From Candidatus Latescibacterota bacterium (lineage in GTDB: Bacteria; Latescibacterota; UBA2968; UBA8231), in assembly GCA_965223905.1 (NCBI GenBank), contig CBDCXV010000001.1, forward strand, positions 128,001-192,000: 64,000 bases of DNA. Reading direction: 5' to 3'. The notes under the pieces were generated by a model, which saw only the letters and a program-made list of their open reading frames with translations, was not told the origin of the DNA and made no database searches. Shown piece after piece: positions 28,433 to 37,260 of this stretch (the stretch's first letter is position 1; the number at the start of each line of letters is the position of its first letter). A program made the position numbers and the translations under genes.

Positions 28433-29416
28433 ATGGTGGACAAACCTCTCGTCCGAGTCGGTATACTGACGTGCGAACGCTACGCCCACATCAAAGATAT
28501 CTGGGGACCGATCATCCAGCCCTGCGGTGAGAGAAGATTTCTGAACGTAACCACGCCCATGACCGGCATGGTCATGACGCACGTGTGGGACCTGGACAGA
28601 AAGGCTTCCGAGGCTTTCGCGAACTGTTTCGGAGGGATCGAGGTCGCCGATCACTACGCGGATATGGTCGGCGAAGTCGACGGCGTTATCCTGTCGGACT
28701 TCGATTCCTGCATCCACTACCCGGAGCTGGCGAGGCCGTATCTCGAGGCCGGTGTGCCGATCTTCATCAATCGCCCGTTTGCCCTCAATCTCGAGGATGC
28801 ACAGGGCATGATCGAGGTGGCCCGCAGGCACGACACGCCGATCATGTCCGGATCGAGCTTCGAATACGTGCCCCAGGTCGAGGAAATCAGGGCAGAGATA
28901 GCGGATCTACAGCCGATCAGCGGGTACGCCGCGGCCGTTTCCACCTCGGACTACGCCACGCACGGGGTTCACGGGTTGTTCTTCGCGTACGCCTGTGTGG
29001 GAGGTGGGATCCGAAAGGTGGCCTACCAGACGCCCGACTGGAGAGAGCCGAACGGCATCGTCGTCATCGAGCACGGCAGAGAGGGCGAGACGCCGTTCTG
29101 CGGATCGGTCCTGCAGATCAAAGGCCCGTTGGGATGGATGCGGATTTTCGGGGGCCGCCCCCGGCGGAGTTTCGAGCAGTCGGTCGGGGGCGGCATCTAT
29201 TTCTGGCTGCCGATCCTGATCGAAATGCAGAGGATGTTCGAGACGCGCCGGATGCCGGAGCCGTATGAGGCCATCTACGAGAAGACCCAGCTTTTCCTCG
29301 CCGGGTTCAAGTCCCACCTCGAGTGCGGGGGCAGGCCGGTGGCGCTGTCGGAGATCGGAGACTGGAGGGCTCCCCCGCTGAATCCGGATCCCTATCCCGA
29401 GGGATACTTCGGTTAG
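28433..29416 (+). CDS. Gfo/Idh/MocA-like oxidoreductase (divergent)
   Basis: DMVGEVDGVIL, LARPYLEAGVPIFINRPFA, PIMSGSS, YATHGVH. Confidence 0.75.
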   Translation: MVDKPLVRVGILTCERYAHIKDIWGPIIQPCGERRFLNVTTPMTGMVMTHVWDLDRKASEAFANCFGGIEVADHYADMVGEVDGVILSDFDSCIHYPELARPYLEAGVPIFINRPFALNLEDAQGMIEVARRHDTPIMSGSSFEYVPQVEEIRAEIADLQPISGYAAAVSTSDYATHGVHGLFFAYACVGGGIRKVAYQTPDWREPNGIVVIEHGREGETPFCGSVLQIKGPLGWMRIFGGRPRRSFEQSVGGGIYFWLPILIEMQRMFETRRMPEPYEAIYEKTQLFLAGFKSHLECGGRPVALSEIGDWRAPPLNPDPYPEGYFG

Positions 29417-29579
29417 GGCTGCGAGATTTCCCTTATCCCCGGGAAGCTTTCCGGCGAACGCTCCACACCACAACGCGGGCCTTGGTCCGGCAAAAAGAGC
29501 GGCGAGTCGGTAAGGATTCTCCGAGCTTGACCACAGTGGAGAGATGGAAGAAAATCGGCGGCAGACACAGGGAGGTCTC

Positions 29580-30593
29580 ATGAAGATTCCCATACTGCAC
29601 GGTCCACGCGACCTGCGCATCGAGGACCAGGAGCTGGACACGAGCGACCTGAAGCCCAGCGAGGTCTGGATAGAGACCGAGATCTCCGCCTTCAAGATCG
29701 GCACCGACCGCGGCAACTACGAAGGCGCCGAGGATGTGCCCGGGGCGCCGATCTATCCGCGTCCCGTGGGGGACAGCAGCCTCGGTTTTGTGCGAGGGGT
29801 GGGAAGCGCGGTGGCAGGCCTCGAGGTCGGCGAGCGTGTGTTCACGCGAAACTGGCACCAGTCGGAGTACATCCTCGATCGGGCGACGAAACCCATCGTC
29901 AAGGTTCCGGACAACGTCGATTCCGAGGATGCGGTGTACACCGGACTCTACACCCTTAGCGCCCATTGCTACCGCAAGGCGATGTTCACGCCGGGGGAGA
30001 ACGTGGCGGTCGTCGGTCTGGGAACCCTCGGCCTGGGGGCGGTGGGAGTGGGACGGGTCTTCGGAGCGCGGGTGGTCGGACTGGCCAACAGCCCGACCCG
30101 GCTCGAGATGGGGGAGCGCATGGGGACGCATGCCGGCTTTTTGTCGGACGATCCGGATCTCGAGGCCGGACTGGAGGAATTTACCGGGGGGGCCGGCATC
30201 GATCTGGTCATTCTCACGGCCAATCCGTGGCCGGCCTATCGCACCGCCCTGCAGGTGGTGCGTCCCGGCGGCCGGGTCTCGATCGTCAGTCTGCTCGAGC
30301 GCGGCGAGAAGCCGCTCGACTTCAATCCTCTGTCCATGCAGTTGTTCTATACCAAGGGGATCTCGCTGATCGCGGTGAACGGGCACGCCGGATACTCCTA
30401 CCCGGGGCCGGAAGCGCGCTTCACCGACGAACGCAACATGGCCCACACCCTCTCGCTGATGGCCGACGGAGGCCTGGAACCCAAGCGCCTGATCACCCAC
30501 CGGCTGCACTACACGGAGATGGTGCAGGCCTACGAGATGGCCTTTCGCCGGGAGAAATCGATGCTCGGCGTCCTGTTCCGGTGGAAGGATTGA
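29580..30593 (+). CDS. Medium-chain (MDR) dehydrogenase
   Basis: GGAGG RBS; GPRDLRIED, VAVVGLGTLG, LITHRL; the canonical catalytic-Zn Cys and GHE are replaced (IGTD, VGDS). Confidence 0.85.
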   Translation: MKIPILHGPRDLRIEDQELDTSDLKPSEVWIETEISAFKIGTDRGNYEGAEDVPGAPIYPRPVGDSSLGFVRGVGSAVAGLEVGERVFTRNWHQSEYILDRATKPIVKVPDNVDSEDAVYTGLYTLSAHCYRKAMFTPGENVAVVGLGTLGLGAVGVGRVFGARVVGLANSPTRLEMGERMGTHAGFLSDDPDLEAGLEEFTGGAGIDLVILTANPWPAYRTALQVVRPGGRVSIVSLLERGEKPLDFNPLSMQLFYTKGISLIAVNGHAGYSYPGPEARFTDERNMAHTLSLMADGGLEPKRLITHRLHYTEMVQAYEMAFRREKSMLGVLFRWKD

Positions 30594-30600
30594 GGCCGGC

Positions 30601-31533
30601 ATGGCTGACTCATGGGAGTCGACTTTGCGGCATCTGTCTGAACATGGATACGTCGTCCTCGAAGGGGTGCTGGCCGATGCCGAGCTCGGGGCGATCCGAG
30701 GCGAGGTCGATGATCTATTGGCGCGGGAACGGGCGGCTCCCTTCGAGCCCGAAGAGAGGGACGCCAGTTCCGACGACGCGTCGATGGAAACATACCTGTC
30801 CGAGAACTACCCCGTCAGCCCTGCCGAGCTGGCGCGCATCATGCGGCGCATCCGTCACACGCGCAAGGCGAATCTCGACACACCCTGGCCCGTCGATGCC
30901 GCAGAGGTCAACAAGCTGTTCCTGCACTTGCCGACTTTGTTCGATCTCGACCGCTCGCAGCGAATCTGGAATCTTGCCGGCAAGGCCGACGGGGTCGCGG
31001 ACCTTATCGAACATCCCACCGTGCTCGCCCTGGCTCGCGCTACTTTGGGGCAGGACTGCGTCCTTTCCGATTGCAGCGCAACCAGCATCGGAGCCCACAC
31101 GGAGGGGGGTTCCTGGCACGTCGATGTCCCGCTGGGACAGCTGGGCGAACCGCTGCCCGATTTCCCACTGACGACCCAGAACGTGTGGATGCTGGACGAC
31201 TTCACCGAGGAGAACGGCGCTACGCGCGTGGTGCCGGGCAGCCATCGCACCCGCCGCAAACCGAAGTGGTCGGAAGATTCGGTGGAGGAGGATGAGATCG
31301 CGCTGACGGCGCCGGCGGGCTCTGTCGCCATGTGGCTGTCGAGTACCTGGCATCGCTCCGGTCCCAACCGCACGGAGAAGCCGCGAAGAGCCGTTCTCTG
31401 TTACTACGGCCGTTCGTGGATCAAGCCGTTCAGTGATTTCCGCACCGCTATCCCGGCGGAAAGAGCCAGACGGTTCTCGCCGACGTTGCGCTACTTGATC
31501 GGCCATTCGGCCAATCCCCCTGCTCGCCGCTGA
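30601..31533 (+). CDS. Phytanoyl-CoA dioxygenase (PhyH) family 2OG-Fe(II) oxygenase
   Basis: WHVD, WMLDDFTEENGATRVVPGSH, WHRSGPN...RRA. Confidence 0.9.
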   Translation: MADSWESTLRHLSEHGYVVLEGVLADAELGAIRGEVDDLLARERAAPFEPEERDASSDDASMETYLSENYPVSPAELARIMRRIRHTRKANLDTPWPVDAAEVNKLFLHLPTLFDLDRSQRIWNLAGKADGVADLIEHPTVLALARATLGQDCVLSDCSATSIGAHTEGGSWHVDVPLGQLGEPLPDFPLTTQNVWMLDDFTEENGATRVVPGSHRTRRKPKWSEDSVEEDEIALTAPAGSVAMWLSSTWHRSGPNRTEKPRRAVLCYYGRSWIKPFSDFRTAIPAERARRFSPTLRYLIGHSANPPARR

Positions 31534-31553
31534 CGGAGAAGGCTGGAGATGGA

Positions 31554-32627
31554 GTGACGGATATGAGCCAGATTTACATCGACTATCGCGACAGCGATCG
31601 ACAGATCTGGGAAGAAGAGCTGGGGGAGTTCGTTCCTTCCCGCATGCTCGATGCCCACATCCATTGCTACCGGCTCTGCGACTATCCCGAGGGTCCACCG
31701 GACTGGAAGGGTCCCCCGAACTTGAGGGGTGGGGACCACGACCTGGAGGCGCTGAACCGGTGCGCCGAAGTGCTGTACCCCGGCAGGCGGATGCAGTATC
31801 TCATTCTCGGCACCCCCTCCCCGGGAATCGACGTCGCCAGGCATACTGAATCGGTGCGCCGGGACATCGAAGAGGTAGCGGGTGTCCGGCACCACCGGCT
31901 GGTGACACCGGCGTGCGACCTCGAGGAGATCGAGCGCGATCTGGAGAACCCCCGGTTCATCGGCCTCAAACCGTATCGCACCTATTCAGTCACCGGGGAC
32001 ATCGCCCAGTGCCGCATCCACGAGTTTCTGCCCCACGAGCAGATGGAGCTCGCCGACGAGCGCGGCTGCTGGGTGACGATGCACCTGTCCAGGTTCCACG
32101 GGTGCGCCGACCGGCGCAACCTCGACGATCTCGAGGAGTACACCACAAGGCGCTATCCCAACATCCGCTGGCTGCTCGCCCACTGCGCGCGCAGTTTCAC
32201 CTACTGGCCGATTCGCAACGCGGTCGAGAGACTCCGGGACCTGCCCAACATTCACTACGACACCTCGGCGGTCACCGACGTCCGGCCCTACATCACGCTG
32301 CTGACCCAGGAGAGGACGGAGCGCATTTTCTGGGGTACGGACGGCGTCGGCGCAGCCTTCTTCCACGGACATTACGCGGCCCTGGGCCGGTCCTGGCAGC
32401 ACTACGACGCCGACGAGGGTGGGCTGCAGTTTCCGCACTGTGACGGGCGTCCGATCCTGGCGGTGTACGAGCAGCTCCTTTCGCTCAAGTTGGCCTCCGA
32501 AATCGCGGGGCTGTCGCGCCACCAGATCGAGGGAATCTTCTGGCGCCATGCGGCGACAGCCCTGGGAATCGGCGAGGAGGAGGGCTTCGCCAACGGCGAT
32601 CGAAGCGGCGGCGCCACCGGTTCCTGA
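31554..32627 (+). CDS. Amidohydrolase family (TIM-barrel metallo-hydrolase)
   Basis: DAHIH, GLKPY, MHL, LAHCAR, YDTS, WGTD. Confidence 0.85.
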   Translation: MTDMSQIYIDYRDSDRQIWEEELGEFVPSRMLDAHIHCYRLCDYPEGPPDWKGPPNLRGGDHDLEALNRCAEVLYPGRRMQYLILGTPSPGIDVARHTESVRRDIEEVAGVRHHRLVTPACDLEEIERDLENPRFIGLKPYRTYSVTGDIAQCRIHEFLPHEQMELADERGCWVTMHLSRFHGCADRRNLDDLEEYTTRRYPNIRWLLAHCARSFTYWPIRNAVERLRDLPNIHYDTSAVTDVRPYITLLTQERTERIFWGTDGVGAAFFHGHYAALGRSWQHYDADEGGLQFPHCDGRPILAVYEQLLSLKLASEIAGLSRHQIEGIFWRHAATALGIGEEEGFANGDRSGGATGS

Positions 32628-32756
32628 AAGACCCCGGGACAACGAGCAGGAGACGGGTTTTTTCCGCCATGACGGCACGGGCACAGCGCGGGGCACAGTC
32701 GGGTTCCCACTTCGACAACGCCGGCGATGCGCCGGGGGCGGCCGCTTCCGGGTTCC

Positions 32757-34562
32757 ATGTCGTCGCCTGAAAAGGCGCGTCCCGGAGGCGCGGTCGATCC
32801 GATTACCCGTGAAATCATTCAGCACGCCCTGGCATCGGCCGCCGACGAGATGGCCCTGGCCCTGTACCGCACTGCGTACTCGACCATCGTCCGGGACGCC
32901 CTGGACTTCTCGACCTCTCTGTGCGACGGCGACGGCGAATTGATAGGACAGGGGGTCACCCTCCCGCACCACATTGCCTCGGTGCCGGCTGCGATGGAAA
33001 CGCTGTTCGCGAAGTTCGCCGGCGACATCGAACCCGGGGATGTATTCATCCTCAACGACCCTTTCGACGGGGGCATGCACATCCCCGACATCTTCATCGT
33101 CAAGCCGGTCTTCTGGGAAGGCCAGCGAGTGGCGTTCGCCGTCAGCACCGCCCACCACATGGACCTGGGAGGACGCCTTCCCGGCAGCGCCGCCTGCGAC
33201 AATACCGAGATTTTTCAGGAAGGCTTGCGCATCCCCTGGCTGAAGCTGCATCACCGGGGCGAAGCGGACGCGGCGATCCGGACGCTGCTGCGCGCGAATG
33301 TGCGGGCGCCGCACATGACCATGGGCGACATCAACGCCCAGTTGGCAGCCTGCCATGCAGGGGAGGTCGCCATTCACGGTCTGATAAGGCGCTACGGTTT
33401 GCAGAAATTTACCGCGTGCTGCGCCGATCTGATCGACCACACGGAGCGCCTTGTGCGCGCGGAAATCAGCTCCTGGCCGGACGGCAGCCAGGCGTTCACC
33501 GATTTCATGGACAGCGACGGCACAGGCGGCCCTCCCGTGCGTATCCAGGTCACTGTAACCGTGGAAGGGGACACCCTCACCGCCGATTTCACCGGAACGG
33601 CCCCACAGGTTGCCGGCGGCATCAACTGCACGCGCTCGTTCACGGTTTCGGTGGTCACCGTGTGCGTGAGACAGATGCTGCGGGAAGATATTCCAAATAC
33701 CGCGGGCATGTTCAGACCCCTGAAGATCATCGCCCCGGAGGGGACGGTCTGCAACGGAGTCATGCCCGCGGCTTCCTCGATGCGCGGGGTCACCGGGTTT
33801 CGACTCGCCGACGCCGTTCGCGGCGCCCTGGCCGGACTGCTTCCCGACCGGGTTCCGGCGGCCGGCGAGGGAGGAAACAGTCTCGTCATCATCGGCGGAC
33901 AGCGGGACGACGGCAGGCCCTATGTCTTTTACGAACTGGTAGCGGGCACCTGGGGAGCGCGGCCGGGCCGGGACGGCAACGACGGGTTGTGCAACCCATC
34001 CACGACCGAGAGCAACGTCCCCGTCGAGGAGGCGGAAGCAGAGTATCCCGTTCGCGTCGAACGCTACGGCCTGGTGCGCGACAGCGGCGGCGCAGGCCGA
34101 TTCCGCGGCGGCATGGCGGTCGAACGCGAATGGCGGCTGTTGGCGGGAGAAGCGAGCTTGACGATCCGTTCCGACCGGAGGGATCACCTGCCCTACGGCC
34201 TCTGCGGCGGCGGACCGGGGACGGCGTCGACGAATATCCTCTACCGCGGGGATGATCGGGAACGGGAACCGGAAGTGCTGCCGACGATGATCTCGACGAC
34301 GATGAAGGCTGGCGAACGGATCTATCACCGCCAGGCGGGCGCCGGAGGCTGGGGAGACCCACTGCTGCGATCTCCGGCTGCCGTGGCTCGCGATGTCGCC
34401 GACGACAGGGTTTCGCTGCGGGGGGCGCGGGATCAGTACGGGGTGGTCCTGAACGAGCGCACGCTGGAGGTGGATGCGGACGCCACCGCGTCGCTGCGCC
34501 GGCGCATGCGCGGCGACGAACCCGGACAGACGAGGGAAGGTGGATATGGATCTGCTGATTAG
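32757..34562 (+). CDS. Hydantoinase B / 5-oxoprolinase subunit
   Basis: VDPITREII, RTAYSTIVRDALDFS, NDPFDGGMHIPD, HHMDLGG, DSGGAGRFRGG, GAGGWGDP. Confidence 0.92.
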   Translation: MSSPEKARPGGAVDPITREIIQHALASAADEMALALYRTAYSTIVRDALDFSTSLCDGDGELIGQGVTLPHHIASVPAAMETLFAKFAGDIEPGDVFILNDPFDGGMHIPDIFIVKPVFWEGQRVAFAVSTAHHMDLGGRLPGSAACDNTEIFQEGLRIPWLKLHHRGEADAAIRTLLRANVRAPHMTMGDINAQLAACHAGEVAIHGLIRRYGLQKFTACCADLIDHTERLVRAEISSWPDGSQAFTDFMDSDGTGGPPVRIQVTVTVEGDTLTADFTGTAPQVAGGINCTRSFTVSVVTVCVRQMLREDIPNTAGMFRPLKIIAPEGTVCNGVMPAASSMRGVTGFRLADAVRGALAGLLPDRVPAAGEGGNSLVIIGGQRDDGRPYVFYELVAGTWGARPGRDGNDGLCNPSTTESNVPVEEAEAEYPVRVERYGLVRDSGGAGRFRGGMAVEREWRLLAGEASLTIRSDRRDHLPYGLCGGGPGTASTNILYRGDDREREPEVLPTMISTTMKAGERIYHRQAGAGGWGDPLLRSPAAVARDVADDRVSLRGARDQYGVVLNERTLEVDADATASLRRRMRGDEPGQTREGGYGSAD

Positions 34563-36135
34563 CGGCGGCAGCGTCGTGGACGGTACCGGGAACCCACCAC
34601 GGCGCGCCGACGTGGCGGTCGAAGATGGGCGCATCCTCGACGTGGGACCCATCGAAAAACGGGAAGAAGTGCCCTGTCTCTACGCCAGCGGCCTGCTGGT
34701 GGCCCCCGGCTTCATCGACATCCACAGTCATTCGGACTTCACCCTGATCGTCGACCCCCGCGCGGTGAGCTCGATCACCCAGGGCGTGACCTTGGAAGTG
34801 GTCGGCAACTGCGGTCACGGGTGCGCGCCCATCGTCGACGCCGAGCTGGCCAGGTCGAACATCTACGGCAGTCGCGCTGACTCGGAGATCGACTGGCATA
34901 CGATGGCCGAATACCTCGAACGTCTCGAAGCAGGAAGACCGGCGGTCAACGTAGCGACTCTGGTTCCAAACGGCATCCTGCGGCTTGCCGCCGTCGAGCA
35001 GCTCGACCGCCCGTCGACGCCAGACGAGCTCGAGCAGATGAAACGGCTGCTCGCCCAAGGGTTGGAGGAAGGGGCGATCGGCTTTTCCACCGGACTCGAA
35101 TACGGCCCGGAAACGGCCTGCCCGGAGGAGGAGATCGTCGAACTCTGCCGGGTAGCAGCGCAGGCCGGGGGTTTGTACGCGACGCACACCCGGAACCGCT
35201 ACGGGGAAGCACACGAGACCATCGCCGAGGCGATCCGCACCAGCACCGCCTCCGGCGTCCCCCTTCAAATCTCACATATTCAAGTAGTGGCGCGATTGGG
35301 CGAGGACGGCCGGGAGGCGTTCGAGCATGCCCTCCAACAGGTCGAACAGGCGCGGGATCAGGGGGTGGATATCGGCTTCGACATGCACACCCGCCTGTTC
35401 GGGACCACGCACCTGAGCACCGCCCTGCCGCCGTGGGCGGTCAAGGGGGACAAGGCGGCCATCGCGGCGCGGTTGCGGGACCGCGGCGTGCGCGCAGAGC
35501 TGAAGAGCTACCGCAGCCACCTGCGCTCGCTGGTTCAGGACGACTGGAATAAAATCATTCTGTTTGACAGCAAAACGGCGCCCGAGCTGTCCCGCAGGAG
35601 CATCGCCGAGATCGCGGAGCTGACGGGCGTCGACCCATTCGATGCCATCTGCGACCTCCTGCTCGGCGAAATCGGCGACATGCACAGCCTGATGGTGATC
35701 GCCCTGACCTACCGGGAGGAAGAAAACAGAATCGCCTTCGAGCATCGCCACTGCATGGTCGCCTCCGACGCCACCGCGCTGGCGATCGATGGTCCCCTGC
35801 AGGGCACCTCGTTCCACGGGGCCTACACCTGGGCTTCCTGGTTTTACCGCCATTTCGTCCGCGACACCGCGACCTTCAGTCCCCAGGAGGCGGTGCGACG
35901 GCTCACCTCCCTCCCGGCGCGGCGGCTCGGCATCAGCGACCGGGGAGTCCTCCGCAAAGGCGCGTGGGCCGATCTGGCGATTTTCGATCCGCAGACGTTC
36001 GGCGAGCGCGGCACCACCTACGAGCCGAACCAGACCGCTGCCGGCATGATCCACGTCGTCGTCAACGGTATCGTTTCTGTAGAGAACGGCGAGCTTACGG
36101 GAATGCGCGGGGGACAGGTGGTGCGCAGCGGATAG
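34546..36135 (+). CDS. N-acyl-D-amino-acid deacylase (D-aminoacylase)
   Basis: PGFIDIHSHSD, QGVTLEVVGNCG, GFSTGLEY, THTR, ISH, DRGVLRKGAWADLAIFDP; start overlaps the hydantoinase B gene. Confidence 0.9.
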   Translation: MDLLISGGSVVDGTGNPPRRADVAVEDGRILDVGPIEKREEVPCLYASGLLVAPGFIDIHSHSDFTLIVDPRAVSSITQGVTLEVVGNCGHGCAPIVDAELARSNIYGSRADSEIDWHTMAEYLERLEAGRPAVNVATLVPNGILRLAAVEQLDRPSTPDELEQMKRLLAQGLEEGAIGFSTGLEYGPETACPEEEIVELCRVAAQAGGLYATHTRNRYGEAHETIAEAIRTSTASGVPLQISHIQVVARLGEDGREAFEHALQQVEQARDQGVDIGFDMHTRLFGTTHLSTALPPWAVKGDKAAIAARLRDRGVRAELKSYRSHLRSLVQDDWNKIILFDSKTAPELSRRSIAEIAELTGVDPFDAICDLLLGEIGDMHSLMVIALTYREEENRIAFEHRHCMVASDATALAIDGPLQGTSFHGAYTWASWFYRHFVRDTATFSPQEAVRRLTSLPARRLGISDRGVLRKGAWADLAIFDPQTFGERGTTYEPNQTAAGMIHVVVNGIVSVENGELTGMRGGQVVRSG

Positions 36136-36140
36136 GATCC

Positions 36141-37136
36141 TCAAAACCGGGTGTGGTCGTAGTCTCCAAAGGGCACATCCACCCCAAGCTCCGCGGCGAT
36201 CTCCTCCAAAGCTTGCCGGTGCTCGGGACCGACCGGGATGCCGTGCCGCCGGTGCTCCCGCTCCCAGGCCCACTCGATACCCCCGGCCAGCTCGGCCCTG
36301 TCCGTGCCGGGCAAGGGCTGCATGGCGCGGGCCTGGCCGATAAAGCGGTCCATCTCCTTCTTGAACTCATCCACCGGCAGAAAGCGCCCCACGTCGAAGA
36401 AGGCGACGAAGGCGCCTTGATTGGTCTGCCAGGGAGTCTGCGGTTCCTGAAATTCGGGCCGGTAGATGCCGGGGAGGATCGCCCCCAGGGCCTGGATCAC
36501 CGCGCCCAGGCCCAAGGTCTTGAAAACCAGCGCGGGGTATTGCTCGAACAGTCCCGGGTATACCGGGTTGGCCATGTCCAACACCAGGGGGGGTTGTTCC
36601 CCTGCGGGAAGAGCGATGCTGAAGGGTGAGTTGATACCGGCCGCGGAGACGGGTTTGTCCGGCTCGGGCCAGTAGCGGTGCGACGAGGTCGCGATACCGA
36701 TGAGTTGGCGCGACAGCCCCATGCGGGAATAGAGGCCGGCGGCGCCGAAGTGGTAGTGGTTGCGGGTAGTGAGCGCGGCCATCCCGCACTCGGCGACCTT
36801 GTCGATGAGCTGCTCGGCCCCGCGCCAGCACGGGAAGTAACCCAGGCCGCCGTCGCCGTCCAATACCAGGGTGGTAGCGGATTCCTGGACCACCTCGATT
36901 TCGGGTCGCGGGTTGACCTTGCCTTCAAGAATCAAAGGGAGATAGTGCGCCACCAGTTTGGTACCATGGCTGAACACGCAGCGCAGATCGCTGCCGACGA
37001 GCAGATCCGCCAGGAGTTCGGCGTCCAGTCGCCGGAGACCTGCCCGTTCGCCGAGGGTGGTCACCAGCTTTCGAAGAACGCCGGCTGGCACACGGATGCC
37101 TTCTTCGGGTGGAAAATTGCCTGAGGGATGTTTCAC
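36141..37136 (-). CDS. Ldh_2 family (malate/L-lactate/ureidoglycolate-type) oxidoreductase
   Basis: DLRCVFSHG, DGDGGLG, RNHYHFGAAGLY, LVLDMA; start placed at GTG 37136. Confidence 0.85.
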   Translation of the reverse strand: MKHPSGNFPPEEGIRVPAGVLRKLVTTLGERAGLRRLDAELLADLLVGSDLRCVFSHGTKLVAHYLPLILEGKVNPRPEIEVVQESATTLVLDGDGGLGYFPCWRGAEQLIDKVAECGMAALTTRNHYHFGAAGLYSRMGLSRQLIGIATSSHRYWPEPDKPVSAAGINSPFSIALPAGEQPPLVLDMANPVYPGLFEQYPALVFKTLGLGAVIQALGAILPGIYRPEFQEPQTPWQTNQGAFVAFFDVGRFLPVDEFKKEMDRFIGQARAMQPLPGTDRAELAGGIEWAWEREHRRHGIPVGPEHRQALEEIAAELGVDVPFGDYDHTRF

Positions 37137-37179
37137 GGACGGGCAAAGTAGGCCGTGCCGGACGGAGCAGCCAGTCGTT

Positions 37180-37208
37180 TTGACACGCAAAATCCGAACA
37201 GCTATTCT
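37180..37208 (+). promoter_or_regulatory. Sigma70-type promoter for the PPIase-TPR gene
   Basis: TTGACA (37180-37185), 17 nt, TATTCT (37203-37208). Confidence 0.6.
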
Positions 37209-37260
37209 CCCGCCGCTCACCGTATATCCCAATCCTTGAAGATTGCACACGAATAGGCAG

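Noticed and set aside
37137-37250. Overlapping 5' ends of the Ldh_2 and PPIase ORFs
   Set aside because: The region holds a good promoter and shows no homology, so both starts were trimmed.
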